Shown here piece by piece: positions 19,121 through 29,108 of a DNA stretch of 64,000 nt. The notes below the pieces were generated by a model. That model searched no databases, had not been told where the DNA came from, and worked only from the letters and a program-made list of their open reading frames with translations. Each line of letters begins with the position of its first letter. Position 1 is the first letter of the stretch. Origin of the DNA: Microcoleus sp. (GTDB lineage Bacteria > Cyanobacteriota > Cyanobacteriia > Cyanobacteriales > Microcoleaceae); assembly GCA_052279835.1 (NCBI GenBank), contig CP181291.1, positions 5,088,001-5,152,000 on the forward strand. The letters run 5' to 3'. A program made the translations under genes and the position numbers.

Positions 19121-19183
19121 ATTGGTAATTGGTAATTGGTAATTGGTAATTGGTAATTGGTAATTGGTAATTGGTAATTGGTA
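19121..19183. repeat. STRR-type heptamer tandem repeat (ATTGGTA)x9
   Basis: Nine perfect units counted. Confidence 0.95.
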
Positions 19184-19358
19184 AACTGAGTTTGATTAAA
19201 TAAAAAAGTAAGCGACACCCTTGAGAATATCGCTTACTATCAGGAAATATGGGTATCAAATGCTTAAGTCTATAGGAAATAGCACTCCCATTTTTAACAG
19301 CTTTCTGCTGTATTGAATCTCATTGAAAATTAATATTTCACGAGTTCCCAACCTTAGC

Positions 19359-19769
19359 TTACGCAGGAAGCAAAACAGTATCAATGATATGAATAACACC
19401 GTTATCAACAGCCACATCCGGTGTGGTAACAGTAGAATCATTAATCTTGACGCCCTTAGAAGCATCAATTTTCACAGTTGAACCTTCTACAGTAGTAGCT
19501 GACTTCAACTTCACCACATCCGCAGCCATCACTTTGCCAGAGACAACATGATAAGTCAGAATTTTTGTCAGCTTCGGAATATCCTTAAGCAAAGCGTCTA
19601 CAGTACCTTCAGGAAGCTTAGCAAAAGCTTCGTCAGTAGGCGCAAACACTGTGAAAGGGCCAGGGCCTTTGAGGGTATCAACTAAACCAGCAGCTTTGAC
19701 GGCAGCAACTAGGGTTGTGAAAGAACCAGCCTGAACGGCAGTATCAACAATGTCAGCCAAGAGAGTCAC
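19359..19769 (-). CDS. Fasciclin (FAS1) domain protein
   Basis: [18 protein letters not shown] and [11 protein letters not shown]. Confidence 0.93.
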   Translation of the reverse strand: MTLLADIVDTAVQAGSFTTLVAAVKAAGLVDTLKGPGPFTVFAPTDEAFAKLPEGTVDALLKDIPKLTKILTYHVVSGKVMAADVVKLKSATTVEGSTVKIDASKGVKINDSTVTTPDVAVDNGVIHIIDTVLLPA

Positions 19770-20021
19770 CTATTTTTGTAATCTGTTTATCAACATAACG
19801 CTAAAAAGTAAATTTAGCTACCTAATTTGTTATATCTTTAGTTTAGTTTTTTATGAAAATTATTTTCAATAAATACCTCTCTTAAGATAGATGACATAAT
19901 ATCGTTTATCTGAAATCTTAGAAATACATAAAAAGTTCAATAAAGGCAACATATTACTTTTATCTTCATTGATAAATCTGGATCTAAACTAGGAATAGTC
20001 AACAACTAACTAGAGAGTGAC

Positions 20022-21059
20022 ATGAGATACAAACTATTGGGTAATAGCGGATTGCGTGTTTCCGAAATTTGTCTAGGGACTATGACTTTTGGGGAAGAAT
20101 GGGGTTGGGGAGGTTCCTACAACGAAAGCAGCAAAATGTTCGATTGCTTCGCAGAAGCAGGTGGCAATTTCATCGATACCGCGAACCTCTACACCAACGG
20201 TACTAGCGAAAAATACGTGGGCGATTTCATTGCAGCCGATCGCGAAAAATGGGTAGTAGCTACCAAATACAGTCTGAACATGAAAAATGGCGAAGTCAAC
20301 GGTTTCGGCAACCACCGCAAAAACATGGTGCAAGCAGTAGAAGCCAGCTTGAAACGACTGCAAGTTGACTACATTGATTTACTGTGGCTACACGCCTGGG
20401 ACTTTACAACACCAGTCGAAGAAGTCATGCGGGCTTTTGACGATTTAGTCCGCGCCGGCAAAGTTTTCTACATCGGCATTTCCGATACACCAGCTTGGAT
20501 TATTTCTCAAGCAAATACGATCGCCCATTTCCGCGGCTGGACACAATTTGTCGGTCTACAAATAGAATACTCCTTAAAAGAACGAACTCCCGAACGAGAT
20601 TTACTGCCAATGGCAAAAGCCCTAGACATTGGCGTGACTGCTTGGAGTCCCCTAGCAGGCGGTTTGCTGACAGGAAAATACAACTCTTCCGAAACCGCTA
20701 GCGAAGCCAAGCGATTGGATTCAACAGCAGCAGGGAAAATTAGCGAACGCGACTTAAAAATCGCTGGAGAAGTTAGCAGCATAGCAGCCGAAATCGGCAA
20801 ATCACCTTCTCAAGTAGCCCTGAATTGGTTGCGGCAGCAGTCAGTAGGAGTAATCCCGATTATTGGTTCTCGCAAAGTCACGCAACTTCAAGAAAATCTG
20901 TCTTGTTTGGAGTTTGAATTAACCCCGGAACAAATGGAGCGATTAAACGCAGTCAGTGCGATCGAATTGGGTTTTCCCCACGACTTTTTACAAAGTTCAA
21001 TGGTACAAGATTTTGCCTTTGGAGGCGGACTCGCAAAAATTAATAATCACCGCATTTAA
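20022..21059 (+). CDS. Aldo/keto reductase
   Basis: LGTMTFG, IDTANLY, SLKRLQVDYIDL and WSPLAGG. Confidence 0.93.
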   Translation: MRYKLLGNSGLRVSEICLGTMTFGEEWGWGGSYNESSKMFDCFAEAGGNFIDTANLYTNGTSEKYVGDFIAADREKWVVATKYSLNMKNGEVNGFGNHRKNMVQAVEASLKRLQVDYIDLLWLHAWDFTTPVEEVMRAFDDLVRAGKVFYIGISDTPAWIISQANTIAHFRGWTQFVGLQIEYSLKERTPERDLLPMAKALDIGVTAWSPLAGGLLTGKYNSSETASEAKRLDSTAAGKISERDLKIAGEVSSIAAEIGKSPSQVALNWLRQQSVGVIPIIGSRKVTQLQENLSCLEFELTPEQMERLNAVSAIELGFPHDFLQSSMVQDFAFGGGLAKINNHRI

Positions 21060-21206
21060 ATTTCAATAAGTAAGTCCACTTAATTAAACGTAAGATACAG
21101 GTGGCTAAAAAGCTTGCTCTATGAGCCTTCTTCACATCGATCTTCCCCCCTTGGGGGGGGCAGGGGGGGGTGACTTCTTCCTTCTACTTATAAGCTGGAA
21201 AATTGT

Positions 21207-21238
21207 GCAGCCACAGGTTGTTAAAACCTGTGGCTGCG
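21207..21238. terminator. Hairpin between convergent AKR and pdhA
   Basis: GCAGCCACAGGTT-gttaa-AACCTGTGGCTGC, a perfect 13-bp stem. Confidence 0.6.
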
Positions 21239-21260
21239 GGACTCAAAATATATCTAAAGA

Positions 21261-22298
21261 CTACTCATCTTCAGCATAGATAAACCGATACAATTCACTG
21301 GGATCTGGCTCAGCGCTTTTTTCAGCAAAATCCACCGCATCATCAATGACAGCTTCAATCTTCTTCTCGATCGCCTTTAATTCCTCAGCCGTAGCCAAAG
21401 CGCGATCGATCAAATCAGCAGCCAACTTCTTAATCGGATCGCGAGGGAACCAAAATTCCTTCTCTTCCTTAGAACGTAACTCATCAGGATCGGCCAAAGA
21501 ATGCCCGCGAAAACGATAAGTCAACGCCTCAATCACCGTCGGTCCCTCACCAGCCCGCGCGCGCGCCACAGCTTCTTTCGCCACTTCTCGCACCGCCAAA
21601 ACATCCATCCCATCAACCTCAACTCCAGCCATACCAAAAGCATGAGCTTTCTTGTAAATCAGCGGGTCAGAAGTAGCACGTTCATGGGACATCCCGATCG
21701 CCCATTTATTGTTTTCCACAACATAAAGAATTGGCAACTTCCACAAAGCCGCCATATTCAAACATTCAAAAAACTGACCGTTATTAGCAGCACCATCCCC
21801 AAAAAAACAAGCAGTCACGCCATCAGAAGTCTCATCTCCCAAAGCCTCGCGGCGGTACTTAGATTGAAAAGCAGCCCCCGTCGCCACAGGAATCCCCTCA
21901 GCCACAAAAGCATAGCCCCCCAAAAGTCGGTGTTCGGCTGAAAACATATGCATCGAACCGCCGCGGCCCTTCGAGCAACCAGTTTCTTTCCCGAACAACT
22001 CCGCCATCACCTCCCGCGCCGGCACACCGGCACTCAAAGCGTGAACGTGGTCGCGATAGGTGCTGCTAACATAGTCCGTATCATCCCGGCGCATCGATCG
22101 AATCACCCCAGTAGAAACAGCCTCCTGGCCGTTGTACAAGTGAACAAAACCGAACATCTTGCCCCGGTAATACATCTCAGCGCACTTGTCCTCAAAAAAG
22201 CGCCCCAAGACCATATCTTCGTAAAGCATCAAACCTTCATCACGAGAAATACTTACGCTTGTTGCGTCAAAAGCTGGTAAAGTCCGTTCCTGAACCAT
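21261..22298 (-). CDS. pdhA: Pyruvate dehydrogenase E1 alpha subunit
   Basis: [29 protein letters not shown] motif and [11 protein letters not shown]. Confidence 0.97.
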   Translation of the reverse strand: MVQERTLPAFDATSVSISRDEGLMLYEDMVLGRFFEDKCAEMYYRGKMFGFVHLYNGQEAVSTGVIRSMRRDDTDYVSSTYRDHVHALSAGVPAREVMAELFGKETGCSKGRGGSMHMFSAEHRLLGGYAFVAEGIPVATGAAFQSKYRREALGDETSDGVTACFFGDGAANNGQFFECLNMAALWKLPILYVVENNKWAIGMSHERATSDPLIYKKAHAFGMAGVEVDGMDVLAVREVAKEAVARARAGEGPTVIEALTYRFRGHSLADPDELRSKEEKEFWFPRDPIKKLAADLIDRALATAEELKAIEKKIEAVIDDAVDFAEKSAEPDPSELYRFIYAEDE

Positions 22299-22618
22299 AA
22301 ATAATTAATACCTGATAAGTATTATGCAAACTGTTGATCATCGGTCAACGACCCTAACTATACCAATAATCGGTCAATCGGCTGTTATCCCCCCCTTAGT
22401 TGGGGATAGCGACTGAACGAACAAACTGCTATTCTGTCAGCAGTGGGGCCCGACGCGCACCTCACTCTAAAATGCCCTCAAGGGAAACGAAGTACCTGGA
22501 AGGAAGTTCTTGCTCTCCATAACAAGAGTCAGAAGCCCAACCGATCAATTTTGATTTGATATGGGAGCGTCACCTAAGATAGGCTAATTCAGTTGCTAGC
22601 GCTTTGGGGAAGTGGACA

Positions 22619-24931
22619 GTGCTAATTCCACTAGATTATTATCGGATTCTAGGTCTACCGATTCAAGCTACTGCCGAACAGTTGCAGCAAGCTCATCGCG
22701 ACCGGACGTTACAACTTCCACGCAGGGAGTATTCCGAAGTGGCGATCGTCGCCCGTAAACAACTGCTCGACGAAGCCTACGCCGTTTTGTCAGACTCAGA
22801 AGGGCGCAAAGCTTACGATGCCAGTTTTTTGGCCAAAACTTACGATCGCGAATCAGAAGCAGGGATTTTAGCCCAAAATCCGAGGTTAAAAGCCTCGACA
22901 GGCGCGGCCACAGTCCTGCAAGAAGCAGAAACAGACTGGCAAGAGTCCGGGGTTTTAGACGCTACTCCCGACCCCCATACTCCAAGTATTGAAATCGACG
23001 ACAACCAGTTCGTAGGAGTCCTGCTGGTACTGCAAGAACTCGGAGAATACGAACTTGTACAGAAACTGGGCCGTCCCTATCTCAATAATGGCAGCTCTGC
23101 GATCGCACAAGGGCGCTTCGGCGACCCCCAGCTAGTGCGACCAGACATAGTTTTAACCATCGCCCTGTCCTGTTTAGAACTAGGCAGGGAACAGTGGCAA
23201 CAAGGTCAATACCAAAATGCCACCAAATCGCTAGACGCAGGTCAAGAACTGCTGCTGCGCGAAAGCCTATTTCCAAGCGTGAGGGGTGAAATGCAAACCG
23301 ATATATACAAACTCCGTCCGTACAACATCTTACAATTACTATCCCTCCCAGAAGAAAAAGTCTCCGAACGTCGTCAAGGACTAAAAATCCTGCGAGAAAT
23401 GCTCGAAGAAAGGGGTGGGATAGATGGTTCCGATGACGATCGATCGGGCTTGGGCATCGAAGACTTCCTACGCTTCGTCCAGCAACTGCGGAAACACCTA
23501 ACCAGCAGCGAGCAGCAGACCCTATTTGAAGCAGAAGCTAGCCGCCCCTCCGCTGTAGGCACTTATCTCTCGGTTTACACCCTACTAGCTCAGGGATTTG
23601 CAGCCAGACAGCCCTCCATGATCCGCCGCGCCAAGCTGATGCTGATGCAGTTGGGCCGCCGCCAAGACGTCCACCTCGAAAAAGCCGTATGTTCCCTGCT
23701 CCTTGGCCAAACAGAAGAAGCCAGCAGAGCCCTAGAACTCAGTTCCGAAAAAGAACCCCTCGCCTTCATTCGCGAAAATTCCCAGGATTCTCCCGATTTG
23801 TTGCCAGGGCTGTGCTTATACGCCGAACACTGGCTACAGGAAGAAGTATTTCCGCACTTCCGGGACTTGGCAAAGCAGTCAGTTTCCTTAAAAGATTACT
23901 TTGCCGATCCCAAGGTACAAGCCTACCTAGAATCCTTGCCACAGGATACAGAAACAGCCAACGAGTGGGTTGTAGCCCAACCCCGCTCTACTGCCAAGGC
24001 TCAAGCTAGAGCGACACTCACTAGCTCACTCCAGCCATCCCCAGCCATTACAGGGCGATCGCCCACTGTTACCTTGACCCCCGGCCCTGCCACCATACCT
24101 CCCCCTGGGCAAAGCCCCAAATATGAGGAGACCGCAGCCCCACCTATCCCCCCAGTCATCCCCCAGGACTCGACAGCTACCCCCACCGGACACCCCCCTT
24201 CCTCTAGCTCAAAAGAACGCCGACGCCCCCACTCCTCCCGTCGCAGTGCCAAGAGTAGTGCAGGACCAATGGGTGATTTAGTCGATCGAGCCAGGACACT
24301 AGGCTCGCAAATTTCAGCCCAAGTCCAGTCCATGCCTCGAAATCGGCTGGCTCTGCTGCTAGTAGCTGGTTTTCTGAGTCTGTTAATCCTGTGGTTGATT
24401 TTCAGTATCTTAGGTGGCATCCTCCAAGCTCTCTCAGGCCCATCCCTGCAAGGAGAACAAGCCTTAGTCAGTCTGGAAGCACCACCCATCGAAATTCCGC
24501 CCCTAGCCCCCGCCGCCCCAGACCCAGGTACTCCCGCCCCAGCCTCCGGCGCCGTCACAGAAGAAACAGCCGAGCAAATCCTTCAAAGTTGGCTCTCCGC
24601 CAAAGCAGCAGCCCTAGGCCCCAATCACGCTATCGATGAATTAAAGCAAGTTCTGACGGAACCTGCTTTGTCTCGCTGGCAATTGATGGCAGAAGCTCAA
24701 CAGCGAAACAACGCCCACCAGCGTTATACACACAAGCTCGAAATTACAAAGGTAACAACAAATCCGACTAATCCCGATCGGACCGAAGTCGAAGCCCAAG
24801 TTACCGAAAAAGCCGACGTGTTCGATCGCGAACAGCTAGTTACCTCCCGTAACGAAAACCTCCGTATTCGCTACGACTTGATTCGCCAAGACGGACAATG
24901 GCGCATTATGGATTGGCAAGTTATGAAGTAG
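22619..24931 (+). CDS. ftn2: Cell/plastid division protein Ftn2/ZipN (ARC6 homolog)
   Basis: IPLDYYRILG J-like N-terminus, DLLPGLCLYAEHWL, a TM segment and a C-terminal IMS/DUF4101 domain. GTG start at 22619; divergent from pdhA. Confidence 0.9.
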   Translation: MLIPLDYYRILGLPIQATAEQLQQAHRDRTLQLPRREYSEVAIVARKQLLDEAYAVLSDSEGRKAYDASFLAKTYDRESEAGILAQNPRLKASTGAATVLQEAETDWQESGVLDATPDPHTPSIEIDDNQFVGVLLVLQELGEYELVQKLGRPYLNNGSSAIAQGRFGDPQLVRPDIVLTIALSCLELGREQWQQGQYQNATKSLDAGQELLLRESLFPSVRGEMQTDIYKLRPYNILQLLSLPEEKVSERRQGLKILREMLEERGGIDGSDDDRSGLGIEDFLRFVQQLRKHLTSSEQQTLFEAEASRPSAVGTYLSVYTLLAQGFAARQPSMIRRAKLMLMQLGRRQDVHLEKAVCSLLLGQTEEASRALELSSEKEPLAFIRENSQDSPDLLPGLCLYAEHWLQEEVFPHFRDLAKQSVSLKDYFADPKVQAYLESLPQDTETANEWVVAQPRSTAKAQARATLTSSLQPSPAITGRSPTVTLTPGPATIPPPGQSPKYEETAAPPIPPVIPQDSTATPTGHPPSSSSKERRRPHSSRRSAKSSAGPMGDLVDRARTLGSQISAQVQSMPRNRLALLLVAGFLSLLILWLIFSILGGILQALSGPSLQGEQALVSLEAPPIEIPPLAPAAPDPGTPAPASGAVTEETAEQILQSWLSAKAAALGPNHAIDELKQVLTEPALSRWQLMAEAQQRNNAHQRYTHKLEITKVTTNPTNPDRTEVEAQVTEKADVFDREQLVTSRNENLRIRYDLIRQDGQWRIMDWQVMK

Positions 24932-24974
24932 GAAATTGGTTATTTGTTATTGGTTAATGGCGACGCCGTTAACA

Positions 24975-25052
24975 AACAACAAATAACCAACAACAAATAA
25001 CAAATAACAAATAACCAATAACAAATAACCATTAACAAATAACCATTAACAA
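24975..25052. repeat. AACAAAT/AACCAAT heptamer tract
   Basis: Degenerate 7-mer tandem repeats downstream of ftn2, with an inverted copy at ~24935-24958. Confidence 0.75.
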
Positions 25053-25112
25053 AAAATAAGATACAATAAGAATAACAAATTTAAGCGATCGACCTTATTT
25101 CACAGTCAAGCT

Positions 25113-26234
25113 ATGCAATCTACAACTAATCAGTCCGAGACAGAGCAGGTAATGGACGCCCCCAAACACGGCTTGCCAGTTACCATCATTACAGGATTCC
25201 TCGGCAGTGGCAAAACAACCCTGCTCAACCATATCCTGACCAACCAGCAAGGTTTGAAAACCGCCGTTTTAGTCAACGAATTTGGCGAAATTGGCATCGA
25301 CAACGAACTGATTGTCACCACCGAAGACAATATGGTCGAGCTGAACAACGGCTGCATTTGCTGCACAATTAACGAAGATTTAGTAAATGCAGTTTACAAA
25401 GTTTTAGAACGTCAAGAAAATCTAGATTATTTAGTAGTAGAAACTACTGGACTAGCCGACCCGCTACCAGTAGCTTTAACTTTTTTAGGCACTGAATTGC
25501 GAGATATGACTCGTCTCGATTCCATCGTGACAGTAGTAGATGCCTCCAATTACAGCTTAGATTTATTCAATTCTCAAGCAGCATACAGTCAAATTGCTTA
25601 TGGCGATATTATTGTTCTAAACAAAACAGATTTGGTTGAGGAAGCAGATTTAGATTTGTTGGAAGTTAAGATTCGTGATGTCAAAGAAGGCGCTCGAATT
25701 CTCCGCACAGTAAAATCCCAAGTTCCTCTGCCACTCATCCTCAGTGTAGGATTGTTTGAATCGGACAAATATTTCCAAGCTGAAGAAACTTCTAGCAGTC
25801 ACGACCATCACGACCATCACGACCATCACGAACATCACGACCATCACGACCACGCTCATCACGACCACGCTCATCACGACCACGCTCATCACGACCATTC
25901 AGACCATTTAGATAATGATGGATTTACCTCACTTTCATTTCAGAGCGACAAGCCGTTTTCTCTGAGGAAATTTCAATATTTCTTAGACCACCAAATGCCT
26001 ACAAATGTGTTTCGGGCAAAAGGGATTATGTGGTTTGAAGAAAGTCCCAAACGGCATATTTTTCACTTGAGTGGTAAGCGATTTTCCATCGATGATGATG
26101 AGTGGAAAGGCGAACGAAAAAACCAGATTGTCTTGATCGGTCAAGGTTTAGATATCGAGACTTTGCGATCGCAAATCGAAAACTGTCTCTGTCTGCCTTC
26201 ACCGAATCGCGGCAAAGGATTTGGCAAAAAATAA
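25113..26234 (+). CDS. COG0523/CobW family GTPase metallochaperone with His-rich tract
   Basis: [21 protein letters not shown], an (HDH)n tract and a CobW_C region. Confidence 0.92.
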   Translation: MQSTTNQSETEQVMDAPKHGLPVTIITGFLGSGKTTLLNHILTNQQGLKTAVLVNEFGEIGIDNELIVTTEDNMVELNNGCICCTINEDLVNAVYKVLERQENLDYLVVETTGLADPLPVALTFLGTELRDMTRLDSIVTVVDASNYSLDLFNSQAAYSQIAYGDIIVLNKTDLVEEADLDLLEVKIRDVKEGARILRTVKSQVPLPLILSVGLFESDKYFQAEETSSSHDHHDHHDHHEHHDHHDHAHHDHAHHDHAHHDHSDHLDNDGFTSLSFQSDKPFSLRKFQYFLDHQMPTNVFRAKGIMWFEESPKRHIFHLSGKRFSIDDDEWKGERKNQIVLIGQGLDIETLRSQIENCLCLPSPNRGKGFGKK

Positions 26235-26260
26235 AGACAACAGGAATTACACAGTACAAC

Positions 26261-26369
26261 TTCCAGGCTCTAGCCTGGAAATGTCTAGAGGCTCTATCTC
26301 GCTTTTATTCACGAAAAGAGGAGGTAGAGCCTCTGGATATGCCTTACCAGGCTCTAGCCTGGTAACGAG
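26261..26369. repeat. REP-like family C (CCAGGCTCTAGCCTGG / GAGGCTCT..AGAGCCTC)
   Basis: Related copies at 47936-48033 and 62278-62396, and a half copy at 28963-28985. Confidence 0.8.
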
Positions 26370-26412
26370 TAAACGAGTAAGTTCTCTATCGATTACCAAT
26401 TACCGATTCAGA

Positions 26413-26868
26413 ATGCGAATAATCATCCAGCGAGTCAAATCGTCTCAAGTCGAAGTTAACGATCGAATAATTGGCAAAATTGGCAGCGGACTGAATCTGC
26501 TTGTAGGTATCGCAGACACCGACACCGAAGCAGAACTAGATTGGATGGCTCGCAAATGCATAGAATTGCGTTTATTTCCAGATCCAGCCACTGACACTGG
26601 CCGCTGGGAGAAATCCGTACAAGACATTGGTGGCGAGTTGCTTGTTGTCAGTCAGTTTACGCTTTACGGCGACTGCCGCAAAGGTCGGCGACCCTCATTC
26701 GATCGCTCTGCGCCCCCAGAAGCCGCCTCCATTCTGTATGACAAATTTGTCGAAAAGTTGCGCGCCAGCGGTTTAAAAGTCGAAACAGGCGTGTTTGGAG
26801 CTCAGATGCAAGTCTCTATAGATAATGATGGGCCGGTGACTTTGGTCTTAGAAAAAGAAGCAGGGTAA
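26413..26868 (+). CDS. dtd: D-aminoacyl-tRNA deacylase
   Basis: MRIIIQRV start, SQFTL and NDGPVT motifs. Confidence 0.95.
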   Translation: MRIIIQRVKSSQVEVNDRIIGKIGSGLNLLVGIADTDTEAELDWMARKCIELRLFPDPATDTGRWEKSVQDIGGELLVVSQFTLYGDCRKGRRPSFDRSAPPEAASILYDKFVEKLRASGLKVETGVFGAQMQVSIDNDGPVTLVLEKEAG

Positions 26869-26911
26869 GTTATCTACTGTTCTACCGGGTTTTGTCCAAG
26901 AAGATTTCGTT

Positions 26912-27017
26912 ATATCAATTCCGGTTGGATCGGAATGATGTAACCGCGAAGGCGCGAAGTACGCGAAGGAAGAGAAGAGAGAGTTTAATACAGGACGATG
27001 AAGAGAGGATTTTATAT
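26912..27017. mobile_element. MITE-like family E
   Basis: Imperfect terminal inverted repeats ATATCAATTCC...GGATTTTATAT around an AACCGCGAAGGCGCGAAGTACGCGAAG core; near-identical to 61032-61165. Confidence 0.7.
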
Positions 27018-27425
27018 TACAGGCTGATGCAATGACAAAAACCCGGTTGCTTTGGTTGTCCTGAGAAAGGCTACATACCAATTTTCTAAATTAACCGGGT
27101 TTTCAAACTGCTCTGCCGTAGGTAGAGAATACATTGCAGTTCCCTACATTCTGCTGACTCCCAATTCCAGAATCTTCCACCCCCAAAATCCCGTCCCAAG
27201 GCCAGTTAGTAAATTGTCCACTGAACGGCTTTGCTATACCCTCACTCGCAAGTGCGATCGCCCCACCTTCGCAATAGCTCAGAATGCTTGTACAGTATAG
27301 GTTTAAGCACCAAATCACCAATCCTCTACAGCCAAAGCTTAAAATCAGATTCAGCAGCCAAAAACAGTTGCATGAGAGAGTGGAACACCTGAGTCACTGC
27401 ACTATTTGTACTTCCCGTACATTCA

Positions 27426-28778
27426 ATGTATAGAGAGTTGAATCCGCACAGCAAGCCAAACCGCCTGCAACTGCATCACTCACTCTCTGACAAAAGTCCT
27501 CGCACTGTCGCTGCGGTGCCCTACCACCTGATAAATACCATGACTGTCACAACTGCCACCAACTCCGTTAACTGCAACACCGCTTCTACCATCAACTCCC
27601 TTCAAACTGCCCCCTGCGAACAAACCCTCGAAATCAATCACCTTCCCAGCGTCGATACCCTAGCTTTGGCTGACTTCGCCCTCAAAGCGTTGCAAGCAGA
27701 GATGAAAACACCAAGCCGTAGCGCTCAATCCGTGGCGATGCGGATTGCTAAGGAAGTCGAACGGATTTGCCAAAAAAGCGATCGCATCCAAATTTCCGGC
27801 GAAGTCCAAGCTTGGCAAATCACCTTAGCCGAACACCGCTTGCAAAAAACCCTGGAATTCTATCGCCTCGGTTCCAAGCAAGGCCGCGTCGAACTTCACT
27901 CTCACCTCGCATCCATGATTTACCGCCATGTTGCTTCCTTTAGATCGAACTTGAACTACCAAGCTCGCTACAACATGATTGAAGACTTTTTGCAAGGGTT
28001 TTACATTGAATCTTTACGGGCTTTCCGCCGGGAACACCAACTCGAACTCAGCTACCAGCCCCGCACACAGCTAGAATTGGCTGAGTACATGGCTTTCACC
28101 GAGCACTACGCCAAACGCCAAATTGGCTTACCAGGCCGCAACCGCCAACGCCTGATTGTCCTCCGCGCTCAAGGTTTTGCCAAGGGTCAACCTCCTGAAA
28201 CTGCGATCGACATTGAAATGGCTGTAGAATCTGGCAAGGGAGAAGATGCAGAAATGTACAGCCGCTCTCCGGCGCTGCAACAAGTCCGCGAACAAATGGT
28301 GTCTGAAACTGTCGATCCGGCTGATGCTGTGTTGCGCGATCGAGTAGTATCGGAATTGATTGCTTATCTGGAATCGCAAAATCAGCCAGAATGTGTTAGC
28401 TACCTCAACTTGAAATTGCAAGACCTTTCTGCTTCTGAAATCGATCGCGTTCTTGGTTTGTCTTCCCGTCAACGGGACTACTTGCAACAACGTTTCAAGT
28501 ACCACGTCGAAAAATTTGCCCGCACTCAAAACTGGAAATTAGTGCACGAATGGCTCGGTGCTGATGTCGATCAAAAATTGGGAATGACTTCGGACAAGTG
28601 GGAAACATTTCGCGCTCAACTTTCCCCCGAACAGCAACAACTGTTAGCAATGAAGCGGAATCAAGAAAGTGACAAGGCGATCGCCACTGCGATCAAATGT
28701 ACTCCCAAACAAGTCCAAAAACGTTGGGCGCAACTGTTGGAGCTGGCTAGCCAGACTCGCAACAGCACCCAAGCCTAA
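27426..28778 (+). CDS. HetZ / HetZ-related protein
   Basis: IEDFLQGFY..AFRREHQL..ELAEYMAFTE, LGLSSRQRDYLQQRFKYH and a C-terminal HTH-like segment. The true start may be ~27540. Confidence 0.8.
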   Translation: MYRELNPHSKPNRLQLHHSLSDKSPRTVAAVPYHLINTMTVTTATNSVNCNTASTINSLQTAPCEQTLEINHLPSVDTLALADFALKALQAEMKTPSRSAQSVAMRIAKEVERICQKSDRIQISGEVQAWQITLAEHRLQKTLEFYRLGSKQGRVELHSHLASMIYRHVASFRSNLNYQARYNMIEDFLQGFYIESLRAFRREHQLELSYQPRTQLELAEYMAFTEHYAKRQIGLPGRNRQRLIVLRAQGFAKGQPPETAIDIEMAVESGKGEDAEMYSRSPALQQVREQMVSETVDPADAVLRDRVVSELIAYLESQNQPECVSYLNLKLQDLSASEIDRVLGLSSRQRDYLQQRFKYHVEKFARTQNWKLVHEWLGADVDQKLGMTSDKWETFRAQLSPEQQQLLAMKRNQESDKAIATAIKCTPKQVQKRWAQLLELASQTRNSTQA

Positions 28779-29108
28779 CGGGTACTTCAACATGAATGTA
28801 ACCCTTGGCTGGAGACAGGAAAATGCGATCGGGTGCGGTGCACTAAAAACAATGCCCGCCCCGGCGTCCTCTCTCAAAACTCCCACTAGGGATGCCGGAT
28901 TATGAAAGATTTTCAGCTAATTAAATATATTAAAACAGCACTACTTTTTTTTAATATTTATGATTCCCAGGCCTAACCTGGGAATTTGTTTTTTATTGGT
29001 ATAATTACCCTCCCGAACCCCGATTTCCCGTCGCCCCCCTTAACCAGCTCAAATTTGGTATGATTATGAATATTAACCATCGCACCCCCAAAAGATTCTA
29101 TAAAATTT

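Noticed and set aside
22380..22545. Structured intergenic region between pdhA and ftn2 as possible SRP RNA
   Set aside because: GGAAGGAAG is present but the conserved TCAGG..GGAAG..AGCAGC domain IV is not; only a short hairpin at ~22382-22410.
25800..25897. 9- and 15-bp tandem repeats
   Set aside because: They encode the His-rich tract expected in COG0523 chaperones.
26221..26412. 64-aa N-terminal extension of Dtd
   Set aside because: Chance open frame through a family C REP; canonical Dtd starts at 26413.
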